This document shows, piece by piece, positions 1 through 7,898 of a DNA stretch of 64,000 nucleotides; position 1 is the stretch's first letter; every line of letters begins with the position of its first letter. Under the pieces are notes generated by a model that was not told where the DNA came from, made no database searches, and was given only the letters and a program-made list of their open reading frames with translations. This stretch comes from Trueperaceae bacterium (GTDB lineage: Bacteria > Deinococcota > Deinococci > Deinococcales > Trueperaceae): assembly GCA_040905465.1 (NCBI GenBank), contig JBBDRK010000052.1, forward strand, positions 1-64,000, in the 5' to 3' direction. Both the position numbers and the translations under genes were made by a program.

Positions 1-163
1 AGTCATAGTCGGTCGCAGCAGAAAAGTCGAGCCAGAGCAGGGGGCGCCCCGGGCTTCCAAGTTCGGAAATTAGTTCAAACGTACCCCACTCGGGACCAGC
101 TTGAACGACGACGGGTCCGGTTACACTGCGGAGTAATCGTAAATGTTCGTCTAGCCATGCCAT
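1..163 (-). CDS. 5' part of a gene running off the left edge; N-terminus resembles a degenerate MalT/STAND-like regulator
   Basis: ATG at 163, frame open to the window edge: MAWLDEHLRLLRSVTGPVVVQAGPEWGTFELISELGSPGRPLLWLDFSAATDYD. Not in the ORF track. The VVVQAGPEWG...LLWLDF pattern recalls the MalT-family P-loop region but lacks GKT. Confidence 0.55.
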   Translation of the reverse strand, partial: MAWLDEHLRLLRSVTGPVVVQAGPEWGTFELISELGSPGRPLLWLDFSAATDYD

Positions 164-500
164 GGGCGTGCTCAGTCAAGATGATAATGCACTACGAGGG
201 CACAGTGCGAACTTTCCTAGATAATAATCTAGATGCTAACTGAGCGATCACTAAACTGCCGACTTAAACGGCAACTGCTAAGGGCCCAGCGAAACCCAAT
301 TCTTCCTCAGTTATCCGGTTGGACCGTAGCAATTGTTGCGCCAAAAACTCTTGCCGCACGGGATATCAACCAGCGACTTGCTAGGTCCCTTGAGTCATAC
401 GAGAAGAGTGCCTTCAACAACGGTGGAATACCAAATAGCCTTCATATTTTCCGCAGTAATTAGTTACATCTCCGCGTCTATCGATCGTTCCCTTGAAACC

Positions 501-535
501 AAATAAACAAGGGCACCTCCGATATGGAGATGCCC
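501..535 (-). terminator. Intrinsic terminator of the small peptide gene
   Basis: Minus strand GGGCATCTCC-ATATC-GGAGGTGCCC (10-bp stem, one G-U) followed by TTGTTTATTT, 20 nt after the stop at 556. Confidence 0.8.
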
Positions 536-555
536 CCAAAGTAGTGTGTGTGTCC

Positions 556-657
556 TTAACGCGTAGAGGCCGGCGCGACAGCACTGACAATTGCCGGCAG
601 GCTCATAAGGGCGACAAAGACAACCGAGTAAAAAATGCGCTTTCCAGTATTTTTCAT
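556..657 (-). CDS. 33-aa secreted pro-peptide candidate MKNTGKRIFYSVVFVALMSLPAIVSAVAPASTR
   Basis: ATG 657, TAA 556; RBS AGAGGA 7 nt upstream; basic N-region, hydrophobic core, VSA cleavage-like site, 7-aa tail; own terminator and promoter. Confidence 0.8.
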   Translation of the reverse strand: MKNTGKRIFYSVVFVALMSLPAIVSAVAPASTR

Positions 658-887
658 TTTCCCATCCTCTTCTAGCTCACAGAGCTGAATTCACTCGCCA
701 ATTTTGGCAAGCGCCGCAACAACTCCCAACCGTTGCGGATACTTCAGGCGATTGCCTGAATCGTCTCTGGAAGCGCTGTTGAACCGAAAAGGTCACAACA
801 GAACTCCCACTCCGCCGGACCATCGTCACGGCCAAAATCTCCCAATCTTGGCCGCAACAGCAACTGTGCCGTTAAGCACTGTTACTT
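658..887 (-). promoter_or_regulatory. Long structured 5' leader of the peptide mRNA with three UGGGA(G)-loop hairpins
   Basis: Inverted repeats at about 859-886, 829-854, 791-821, 743-760, 714-738, 697-708 and 674-686; G-U pairs favour the minus strand for the GGGA-loop stems. Transcription start inferred from the promoter at 894-922. Confidence 0.55.
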
Positions 888-893
888 GGATAA

Positions 894-922
894 AAGCTAT
901 CATGCGGTACTCATCGGGTCAA
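894..922 (-). promoter_or_regulatory. Sigma70-type promoter facing the peptide gene
   Basis: TTGACC (922-917), 17-nt spacer ending in TGA, TAGCTT (899-894); extended -10. Confidence 0.65.
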
Positions 923-1058
923 GCAGTGCATGAAAGGTGCGAAGTGTTCGTTCTCGTATATTTCAGCCGTAACACCGCATTTACACAGTCCCTTCGCCTA
1001 GCCGTCGGCGGTCCGGATAAGTTACGATTGAAAGCGCTATGCTTCTCCGGATGCGCAG

Positions 1059-2738
1059 ATGAAACGTGACGACACAGAACTATTGGTACAGGCTCAAGCT
1101 TTGGTGCATGAAAAGTATGCCGGCATTGAGTTGGAAAGTGCGATTCAAGGTTGGGCCTACCTCGGTGAGTTCGATATTGGAATTCAGGTGTACCAATCAC
1201 TAACACTGCCCACGGCAAAGGACGATAGGTGGCTTGGCGTGTGTCTGTTTCAGCGATTCGAAGACATGCTTGCACAGGAAGCGTTTTTTCGAGCCCTGTC
1301 AAAGGGCGAGGAAGCAGCACGTGTCAACCTCGCACACTTACTACGGTTTCTTGAAAGATCAGAAGAAGCGGTGGCAGAACTAGTACGGGTAGACGTCAAC
1401 AAGTTAAGTCCTTACGATAAGGTTTTATACTTACGAGTCAGCAGCCTACATGAAGAGACTAACGGGAATATTAGGAAAGCGGTAGAATTCGCCGAGCGCG
1501 CCTGGAGCCAAGTACAAGGAATTCCTGAGTTTCAGCTTCTAGCTCCCTCTGTTCTGGGCCAACTGGGTATTCTCTATGGTCGCATGGGGGAAGCACGACG
1601 TGCACTTTGGTTCCTCGAGCATGGCATTGAGCTTACGACTGGCCTAGAACAGCAAAAGGTCAAGTTGAGGCGCGCCACCCTATTAATAAATCTCGGCAGG
1701 GCGAGCGACGCCGAAGCAGAACTTAGTTCTCTTGGCGGTCTGCCGCAGGCCCTCGAACTGGAGAGGGATTTTCTATTCGGGGAGCTTCGTTGGTCAATGG
1801 GCCGCCTGACAGAGGCAAGCAGCCGCTTCTCGTCCGTCGTCGAGACAGCTTCCAAGCTATCGACCGGCGCCGATGAGTTTTCGGCTCGTGTAGCGCTAGT
1901 AGCAATTTGTAGCCATACAAGTCAGTTTCAAGAGGCGCGGGAAAACCTTCAGAAAGCGCGCATCTTGATTAGCGACCGAACAGACGTACTCGTGCACCGC
2001 TTCCGCGAAATATTGCTCCATGTACGCAGCGAACAGTATGGTTTAATAGAGGCAGCTTCAGAACTCGAAATGCTGGCGGTTGAATTCCGTCGCCTCGGAA
2101 CACTGCAGGAAGAGGCATCCGTGAGGGTGCATCTTGCCGAAACGTACAGATTGGCAGGAGATGGTCGTCTTCGATCTGAGCTAGCAGCTGTTCGGAATAT
2201 ATGTAGTTTCGTGCATAACAGTCTATTTCTGGCGCGCGAATGGTTCCTTTTACCGGAACTTTCGACTATCGCCGCCGACGCAGAACCGCTACTCTTCTCA
2301 GAGCCGCAGGGTCAACTCAGAGTCGTGACAATTGGCTCGGAGATGCTTCTACTTAACGGCCATCCAGTCAAACCACCGTTGCGGCGAACAGTTGAGATGC
2401 TTTCCTACTTCATAGAATTTCAGCAAGTTACGTTGTCGCGCTTGACTGAAGACCTGTTTCCCTCGAAGAAAGCAAGAACCGCGCGTTCGTACTTTCACCA
2501 ATTTCGTGTTCAGCTTAGAAGGCATGTGAGTGGTGTGGAAATTGCTTTCGACAATCGCAGGAACATATACGAACTACGAAGTGACATAGAGATTCTTTGG
2601 GACGTCGATGCCATACGGCGAGGCGATATTCCGGCGGTAAGCGGCCACTTCTTACCATCTGCGGACGCAGCTTGGGTGAAGAGATTAGACTCTGAAGTCC
2701 AATCATTATTGCGACAGCAACTTATTCCGTCAGCTTAG
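1059..2738 (+). CDS. Transcriptional regulator with N-terminal TPR-like helical repeats and C-terminal SARP/OmpR-type winged helix
   Basis: 559 aa; TPR-like repeats (e.g. LGQLGILYGRMGEARRALWFLEHGIEL). The C-terminal segment LRVVTIGS..LNG..VEMLSYF..LFP..ARSYFHQFRVQLRR..WDV aligns by eye with the DNA-binding domain of the response regulator at 52631-53689. Confidence 0.8.
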   Translation: MKRDDTELLVQAQALVHEKYAGIELESAIQGWAYLGEFDIGIQVYQSLTLPTAKDDRWLGVCLFQRFEDMLAQEAFFRALSKGEEAARVNLAHLLRFLERSEEAVAELVRVDVNKLSPYDKVLYLRVSSLHEETNGNIRKAVEFAERAWSQVQGIPEFQLLAPSVLGQLGILYGRMGEARRALWFLEHGIELTTGLEQQKVKLRRATLLINLGRASDAEAELSSLGGLPQALELERDFLFGELRWSMGRLTEASSRFSSVVETASKLSTGADEFSARVALVAICSHTSQFQEARENLQKARILISDRTDVLVHRFREILLHVRSEQYGLIEAASELEMLAVEFRRLGTLQEEASVRVHLAETYRLAGDGRLRSELAAVRNICSFVHNSLFLAREWFLLPELSTIAADAEPLLFSEPQGQLRVVTIGSEMLLLNGHPVKPPLRRTVEMLSYFIEFQQVTLSRLTEDLFPSKKARTARSYFHQFRVQLRRHVSGVEIAFDNRRNIYELRSDIEILWDVDAIRRGDIPAVSGHFLPSADAAWVKRLDSEVQSLLRQQLIPSA

Positions 2739-2877
2739 GACTTCAAATGGGCACTTTAGTCTATTGGCACCGTCTACAGGTTCAGCATTTGTAGTGCGAC
2801 CTTGAGAGCTGTGACAACAAACTAACTCGCGTAGCTAGGCAAATATCTACTGCCTTCAATGTCGACGCATCGCACCA

Positions 2878-2910
2878 TGTAAGAATTCTGTAAGAGCCAA
2901 TCCCTAGACT
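2878..2910 (+). promoter_or_regulatory. Candidate activator-dependent promoter with tandem heptamer repeats
   Basis: TGTAAGA at 2878-2884 and 2889-2895 (11-bp period), then TAGACT -10 at 2905-2910; no consensus -35. Confidence 0.55.
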
Positions 2911-2916
2911 CGAATA

Positions 2917-2996
2917 CGAAGACCGAGGTAATCCTCCCAATTGCCTCGACCCATCCTCTTCAGGCTTCGTGACTCCCACACGGAGCCCCTTTTTTT
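2917..2996 (+). ncRNA. Candidate small RNA with two CUCCCA-loop hairpins and a CU-rich linker
   Basis: Hairpin 2924-2948 (loop CCTCCCA), linker ACCCATCCTCTTCA, hairpin 2963-2987 (loop ACTCCCA), T7 at 2990-2996. The 5' end is inferred from the -10 box. Confidence 0.55.
2963..2996 (+). terminator. Intrinsic terminator
   Basis: GGCTTCGTG-ACTCCCA-CACGGAGCC, then CC and seven T. Confidence 0.8.
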
Positions 2997-3229
2997 GCCC
3001 AAACATTGTGAGCAAATGCTGGACGGCCAGCTGCCGCTCGACTCGGCGGTAGCAACTCATGTGAATCGCGTCTCCCACGTGGCAGGCGGGCTCCGCGAGC
3101 GGCTACGCTCTCAGCTCGAACCGAGGCTGCTGGTCGCGCTTTTGTCGTCCAGTACAAGTTGCGCTGAGACGCGATTTTATGATTAAATGGTGCGTTGCCA
3201 AGAATCTAGGCAAGGAGGAATCCCCTTTC

Positions 3230-5377
3230 ATGGATGAAAAGTTAAACCAGGCCGCGGAGAACCCTGCCACGGCCACCGACCAAGCCCCGGAGGAAAGCTC
3301 GAGCCAGGCCCCGACTGCGGCTGTTGAGCAGGGTGCAGACACCGCAGCGGCGAACGCCCCGACATCTGATTCAACCTCCCAAGACGACGTCGCCAGCCAA
3401 GAGCCCGAGCAGAGCTCCGAAATGCCGGAAATGACGATGGAAGACGTGCTGGCAGCCAGCGATGAGCAGCTCGCCCGCAAGCCGGTCCATCGCGGCATGA
3501 TCACCAACGGAACGGTAATCATGCTCTCTCAAGACGGGATCATCGTCGACGTCGGTGCCAAGATCGAAGGCCTACTTCCCTACAACCAGCTTTTCGAGTT
3601 CGAGACCAACGTCACGGAAGCGGCCAAGTACTTCAAGCCGGGCGACGAGATCCAGGTCTACGTCATTCGGTCCGACATCCCCAACAACACCATCGTACTC
3701 TCGAAGAAGCGTGCCGATCAGGAACGTGCCTGGAACCTGTTGCAGGAAATCTTCGAGAAGCAGAAGCCGGTGGAAGTGGAGATCGTCGAGAAGGTACGAG
3801 GCGGCCTCGTAGCGAACCTCGGAATCCGGGCGTTCCTGCCTGCCAGCCAAGCGGACGTGCGTCGGGTCAACGACCTCAGCCCGTTCGTCGGCAAGCGCCT
3901 GAAAGTCAAGATCATCGAGCTCAACCGCAAGCGTAACCGCGTCATCATTTCGCGCCGGGCGATCCTCGAAGACGAAATCGCCGGTCAGAAGGAAGAAACG
4001 CTCAAGCAGCTCGAGCCGGGACTGCGTCTCGACGGCGAGGTCGTGGAGATCACCGACTTCGGCGCCTTCGTGAACCTCGGCGGCATAGACGGACTGGTGC
4101 ACCGTAGCGAGCTGAGCCACGGCCGCTTCAATCACCCGCGCGAAGTCATAAACGTGGGCGACAAGGTCCGGGTCGAAGTCCTCGACATGGACCTCGAGCG
4201 TGAGCGCATCAACCTCTCCATGAAGAAGCTTGTGCCGAACCCGTGGGAGAACGTTCTCGCGAACTACCACATCGGCAACAAGATCGCCGGCAAGGTCACC
4301 AACCTCACGCCGTTCGGCGCCTTCGTCGAGATCGAACCCGGCCTCGAGGGCCTGATCCACGTCAGTGAGATGAGCTGGACCAAGCGGGTCCGCCATCCCA
4401 AGGAAGTGGTCACAGAGGGCGATGAGGTCGAGGCGTTGATCCTCAAGATCGACACCAATCAGCAGCGCATCTCGCTCGGACTCCGCCAGACCCAGCCCGA
4501 TCCGTGGAGCAGCCTGCCGGATCGCTTCCCGCCGGGCACCGAGGTTACCGGACCGATCACCGGCATCACCGAATTCGGTGTGTTCATGGAGATCGAAGAG
4601 GGAATCGAAGGCCTGGTGCACATCAGCGAGCTGGCCCACGAGCATATCGAGGACATCAGCGAGCACTTCACCAAGGGCGACGAGGTTACCGCGGTGATCC
4701 TCAACATCGACCCGGTGGAGCAGCGTGCCAGCCTCTCGCGCAAGCGCCTTCTCCCCTTCTCGGCCGGCGAGTTCGACGGCACCGTTCCATCCGGCGCTCC
4801 GGCCGCTCGCGGCGGGGCCCGCCGCGGTGGACGACGTGGCGGACGGCGCAGCCAGGGTATCGACTACGATTACTCCTACGCCGCTACCGACGCTTCCGCC
4901 AAGACGACTACCAAACTCGGTGACGTCTACGCCGACCTCTTCGCCCAGTTCGGTCTGACCGAGGGCAAGGAAGAGCAAGCAGAAGGTGCGGAAGCCGAAG
5001 CGGCCGACACCGCCGAGGCGGAGGGCCAGGAGGCCCAGGCCGAAACCGGAGCTGCAGAGGCTGCTCCCGAGGCCGAAGCCGGCGAACAGCCACAGGCCGA
5101 TGCAGAGGCCGATGTAGAGGCCGAGGCGACCGAAGCCGACGCTCCTGAAGCGAAGGCAGCCGAGCCCAAGAAGCCGGCGAAGAAGCCTGCGGCCAAGGCC
5201 GAGGAGAGCGCTCCCGAAGACGAGGAGAACGCTATCGACGCCGCGGAGGCGGCGGCGCTCCTTACCGCCGCGTTCCGCGAGGGCAAGCGGCCCGTGAAGC
5301 CGCAGGATGCCGACGAAGCGTCCGAGGCCGAGCAGGCCGAAAAGCAGGAAAAGCAGGAAGAGAAGAGCAACGCCTAG
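3230..5377 (+). CDS. rpsA: 30S ribosomal protein S1
   Basis: Tandem S1 domains (FGAFV..G..GL(I/V)H.SE); strong RBS AGGAGG before ATG 3230, so the start is moved from 3179; acidic low-complexity extensions at both ends. Confidence 0.97.
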   Translation: MDEKLNQAAENPATATDQAPEESSSQAPTAAVEQGADTAAANAPTSDSTSQDDVASQEPEQSSEMPEMTMEDVLAASDEQLARKPVHRGMITNGTVIMLSQDGIIVDVGAKIEGLLPYNQLFEFETNVTEAAKYFKPGDEIQVYVIRSDIPNNTIVLSKKRADQERAWNLLQEIFEKQKPVEVEIVEKVRGGLVANLGIRAFLPASQADVRRVNDLSPFVGKRLKVKIIELNRKRNRVIISRRAILEDEIAGQKEETLKQLEPGLRLDGEVVEITDFGAFVNLGGIDGLVHRSELSHGRFNHPREVINVGDKVRVEVLDMDLERERINLSMKKLVPNPWENVLANYHIGNKIAGKVTNLTPFGAFVEIEPGLEGLIHVSEMSWTKRVRHPKEVVTEGDEVEALILKIDTNQQRISLGLRQTQPDPWSSLPDRFPPGTEVTGPITGITEFGVFMEIEEGIEGLVHISELAHEHIEDISEHFTKGDEVTAVILNIDPVEQRASLSRKRLLPFSAGEFDGTVPSGAPAARGGARRGGRRGGRRSQGIDYDYSYAATDASAKTTTKLGDVYADLFAQFGLTEGKEEQAEGAEAEAADTAEAEGQEAQAETGAAEAAPEAEAGEQPQADAEADVEAEATEADAPEAKAAEPKKPAKKPAAKAEESAPEDEENAIDAAEAAALLTAAFREGKRPVKPQDADEASEAEQAEKQEKQEEKSNA

Positions 5378-5406
5378 TAGCCAAAGGCGCACGAAGACCT
5401 GAAGAA

Positions 5407-5444
5407 TTGGAGGGGGGGCCCCGGTTGGGGGGGGGCCCCTCCAA
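5407..5444. terminator. GC-rich hairpin between convergent rpsA and lemA
   Basis: TTGGAGGGG...CCCCTCCAA inverted repeat with internal G runs; no clear U tract. Confidence 0.5.
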
Positions 5445-5488
5445 CTGACTGTCCTGTGTGGGTCAGCCGTACGTTCGGCTGAACGACC

Positions 5489-6040
5489 TCAGCCGAACGA
5501 CACTGCCGGAACCTGGCGCTCGGTCTCGGGCGTCTCCAGGAAAACCTGTTCGGTTTTGCCCATCGGACCGGCAAGCCACAGGCCGGGAACGGTCTCGATC
5601 ACGTTGTTGTACTGAAGCACCGCGTCGTTATAGAACTGCCGGGCGTAAGCGATCTTGTCCTCGATGGTCGACAGCTCGTCTTGCAGCGCGCGAAAGTTTT
5701 CGTTCGCCTTCAACTCCGGGTAGGCCTCGGAAATCGCCAGCAGCCGCCCCAGTGCCGCGGTCATCATGTTGGCGGCGTCGGCGGACTCGGCGATCGACTT
5801 GGCGCCGAGCAGTGCCTGACGGGAGTGGGCGACCTCCTCGAATACCCCCTTCTCGTGTACCGCGTACCCTTGCACGGTCTCCACCAGGTTCGGGACGAGG
5901 TCGTTGCGTCTCTTGAGCTGCACGTCGATCTGGCTCCAGGCGTTCTGGAACCTGTTCTCCAGGGTGATGATGCGGTTGTAGATACCGACGCCGAAGATCG
6001 CCAGTACCACGAGCAGAGCCAGAATCAGGAACGATCCCAT
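5489..6040 (-). CDS. lemA: LemA family protein
   Basis: N-terminal TM, AWSQIDVQLKRRNDLVPNLVETV and EAYPELKANENF motifs; RBS GGAGG. Confidence 0.95.
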   Translation of the reverse strand: MGSFLILALLVVLAIFGVGIYNRIITLENRFQNAWSQIDVQLKRRNDLVPNLVETVQGYAVHEKGVFEEVAHSRQALLGAKSIAESADAANMMTAALGRLLAISEAYPELKANENFRALQDELSTIEDKIAYARQFYNDAVLQYNNVIETVPGLWLAGPMGKTEQVFLETPETERQVPAVSFG

Positions 6041-6186
6041 TGATTCCTCCTGCCTGGCAGTCTACCGGTTGGCCAGGCCCGTCATGGCAACGCCCCATGT
6101 CAGCCCGGGCGCACCCAGCAGCCTCGGCACAGTTCGATTCGGCACCGGACGAGTCCGCTTCGCCGAGTTGGCGTCGAGCAGCCGAG

Positions 6187-7305
6187 TCAGCTTCGGGAAG
6201 CGATCACGCCACCGCCGAGCAGGCGGTCGCCGTCGTAGAGCACGGCGGATTGGCCGATGGTAACCGCGAACAGTGGCTCGTCGAACACCAGTGAAAAGGT
6301 TCCCTCGCCGGCACGACTGAAACGGGCGGCAACCGGAGTCTGGCGGTAGCGAACCTGCACCATCACCCGCTCCGGAACCTCCTCCGTCAGGCACAGGAAG
6401 CTGCTGCGGTCGGCGGTCAGGCCGGTCGCCTGGCACATCTCCCGTGTACCCACTACCACCGTGTTTTCGTCCGCCTTCAACTCGATTACGTAGCGCTCGA
6501 GGTGTGAGTGGTGGAGCCCGAGGCCGCGCTTCTGACCGATGGTGTAGAACTGCACCCCCTGGTGCTCACCGATCGTTTCGAAGCCGGCGGCGGCGTCGAC
6601 GATCGGTCCCGGTCGGGCCTGGCTGCGCTCCTCGATATACTCGCGGACCGTATCGGAGATGAAGCACAGGCCGTTGGAGGAAGGCTTCTCGGCCGTAGCG
6701 AAGCCCCGTTCGGCTGCTGCCGCACGTACCTGGTCCTTGGTCAGTTCGCCGAGGGGAAACAGCAGGTACGGGAGGATCGCCCGCGGCAACGCCCACAGGA
6801 AGTAGGTCTGGTCCTTGCTGTCGTCGCGACCGCGGTGCAGCTCCACGCCGTGCGCGCCCTCCACCCGCCGCACGTAGTGCCCGGTCGCCATGAAGTCGCA
6901 GCCCAGCATCATCGCCCTCTTCACGAACGAGCCGAACTTGATATCGCGGTTGCACCAGACGCACGGGTTCGGTGTCTCGCCTCGTTCGTAACTGGGCACG
7001 AACGGATCGACCACGACCCGATCGAAGTCCTCGCGGTAGTCGAGCAGGTAGAACGGCACGTCTATCTTGTCGGCTATGCGCCGGGCGTCGTAGGCCGCGT
7101 CCGGGCTGCAACAGACGTCGAAGGCACCGGCCGGTCGGTCGTCCGGCCAGAACCGCAGCATCGAACCGACAAGTTCGAAACCCTGCTCCTGCAGGAGCGC
7201 GGCCGCCATCGACGAATCCACCCCACCCGACATGGCACACAACACCTTCGGTGCCGGCAAGGTGCCCGGGCTGCTCGCCTTGCTGTCGATCGCTACATCG
7301 CTCAC
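6187..7305 (-). CDS. mnmA: tRNA 2-thiouridine(34) synthase
   Basis: AMSGGVDSS, TPNPCVWCN, ATGHY, KDQTYFL motifs; start placed at GTG 7305 behind a TACACT -10 (uncertain). Confidence 0.95.
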   Translation of the reverse strand: MSDVAIDSKASSPGTLPAPKVLCAMSGGVDSSMAAALLQEQGFELVGSMLRFWPDDRPAGAFDVCCSPDAAYDARRIADKIDVPFYLLDYREDFDRVVVDPFVPSYERGETPNPCVWCNRDIKFGSFVKRAMMLGCDFMATGHYVRRVEGAHGVELHRGRDDSKDQTYFLWALPRAILPYLLFPLGELTKDQVRAAAAERGFATAEKPSSNGLCFISDTVREYIEERSQARPGPIVDAAAGFETIGEHQGVQFYTIGQKRGLGLHHSHLERYVIELKADENTVVVGTREMCQATGLTADRSSFLCLTEEVPERVMVQVRYRQTPVAARFSRAGEGTFSLVFDEPLFAVTIGQSAVLYDGDRLLGGGVIASRS

Positions 7306-7506
7306 GAGTCTCAAGTGTAGCGAACGGTCGCTTCCGACGGGACTCCCGGGCAACAGCCGCTCTAGTACCGAGCCGCCGTCGGTGGCACGCGCGAGGTCTC
7401 CGTGGAGCCCCATTGAGACCTCGGCCCAGACCGCGGTCCCACTGACGGATTCCCGGCGTCATGCCCTCCTCCTCGCACGGTAAACTGACGCATCGGAGGT
7501 CTGCTG

Positions 7507-7869
7507 GTGAAAGCCGTTCGACTCCTTCAGATCGTCATCGTGCTCGCGGCAGGCGCCTACCTCGTGCTCCTCCACGACATGAATGAAGTAAACGTGGTGT
7601 TGCCGTTCCTGCTATCCCTGCCGCCGGCGGCGGTGGTGGTGATCGCGCTGGCGCTCGGCTGGCTGCTGGGCTGGCTGCCGCCAGCCGTCAGAGGCATGCG
7701 TCGTGGCCGGGAACTGAGGCAATTGCGGCGGCGAGTCGCCGAGCTGGAGCAAGACGATTACGTGCAAACAGCCGACGGCCTCGAACCACCGGTGATACCC
7801 GATCGCCGTCCGTTCGAGACCGGGGAAACAGAGATTCAGGAAGATTATGACGGGCAAGAGAACATCTGA
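7507..7869 (+). CDS. LapA/DUF1049-like small membrane protein
   Basis: Two TM helices followed by a coiled segment (ELRQLRRRVAELE); RBS GGAGG. Confidence 0.7.
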   Translation: MKAVRLLQIVIVLAAGAYLVLLHDMNEVNVVLPFLLSLPPAAVVVIALALGWLLGWLPPAVRGMRRGRELRQLRRRVAELEQDDYVQTADGLEPPVIPDRRPFETGETEIQEDYDGQENI

Positions 7870-7898
7870 CCGCCCTGTGAGCTACCCATGACCGACCG

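Noticed and set aside
556-657. RiPP precursor interpretation of the small peptide
   Set aside because: No modifying enzymes or dedicated transporter in view, and no Cys or double-Gly leader; the upstream window is unseen, so this is not fully excluded.
233-1320. ORF-track calls 233-463, 493-675, 704-1069 and 919-1320
   Set aside because: No RBS or family signal; they overlap the better-supported peptide gene, its leader or the regulator.
2782-3186. ORFs 2782-3078, 2941-3186 and 2960-3157, or a second peptide gene using the AGAGGA at about 2955 on the minus strand
   Set aside because: No suitably spaced start or signal-peptide-like product; G-U pairs and the T tract favour a plus-strand RNA.
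3572-5392. 606-aa minus-strand ORF and similar long antisense ORFs (e.g. 10396-12306, 17690-19267, 57056-59488, 62602-63933)
   Set aside because: Shadow frames of well-supported genes; stop codons are scarce in high-GC DNA and there are no recognisable motifs.
5409-5435. G-quadruplex in the G7/G9 runs after rpsA
   Set aside because: Better explained by the competing GC hairpin; homopolymer lengths may also be sequencing error.
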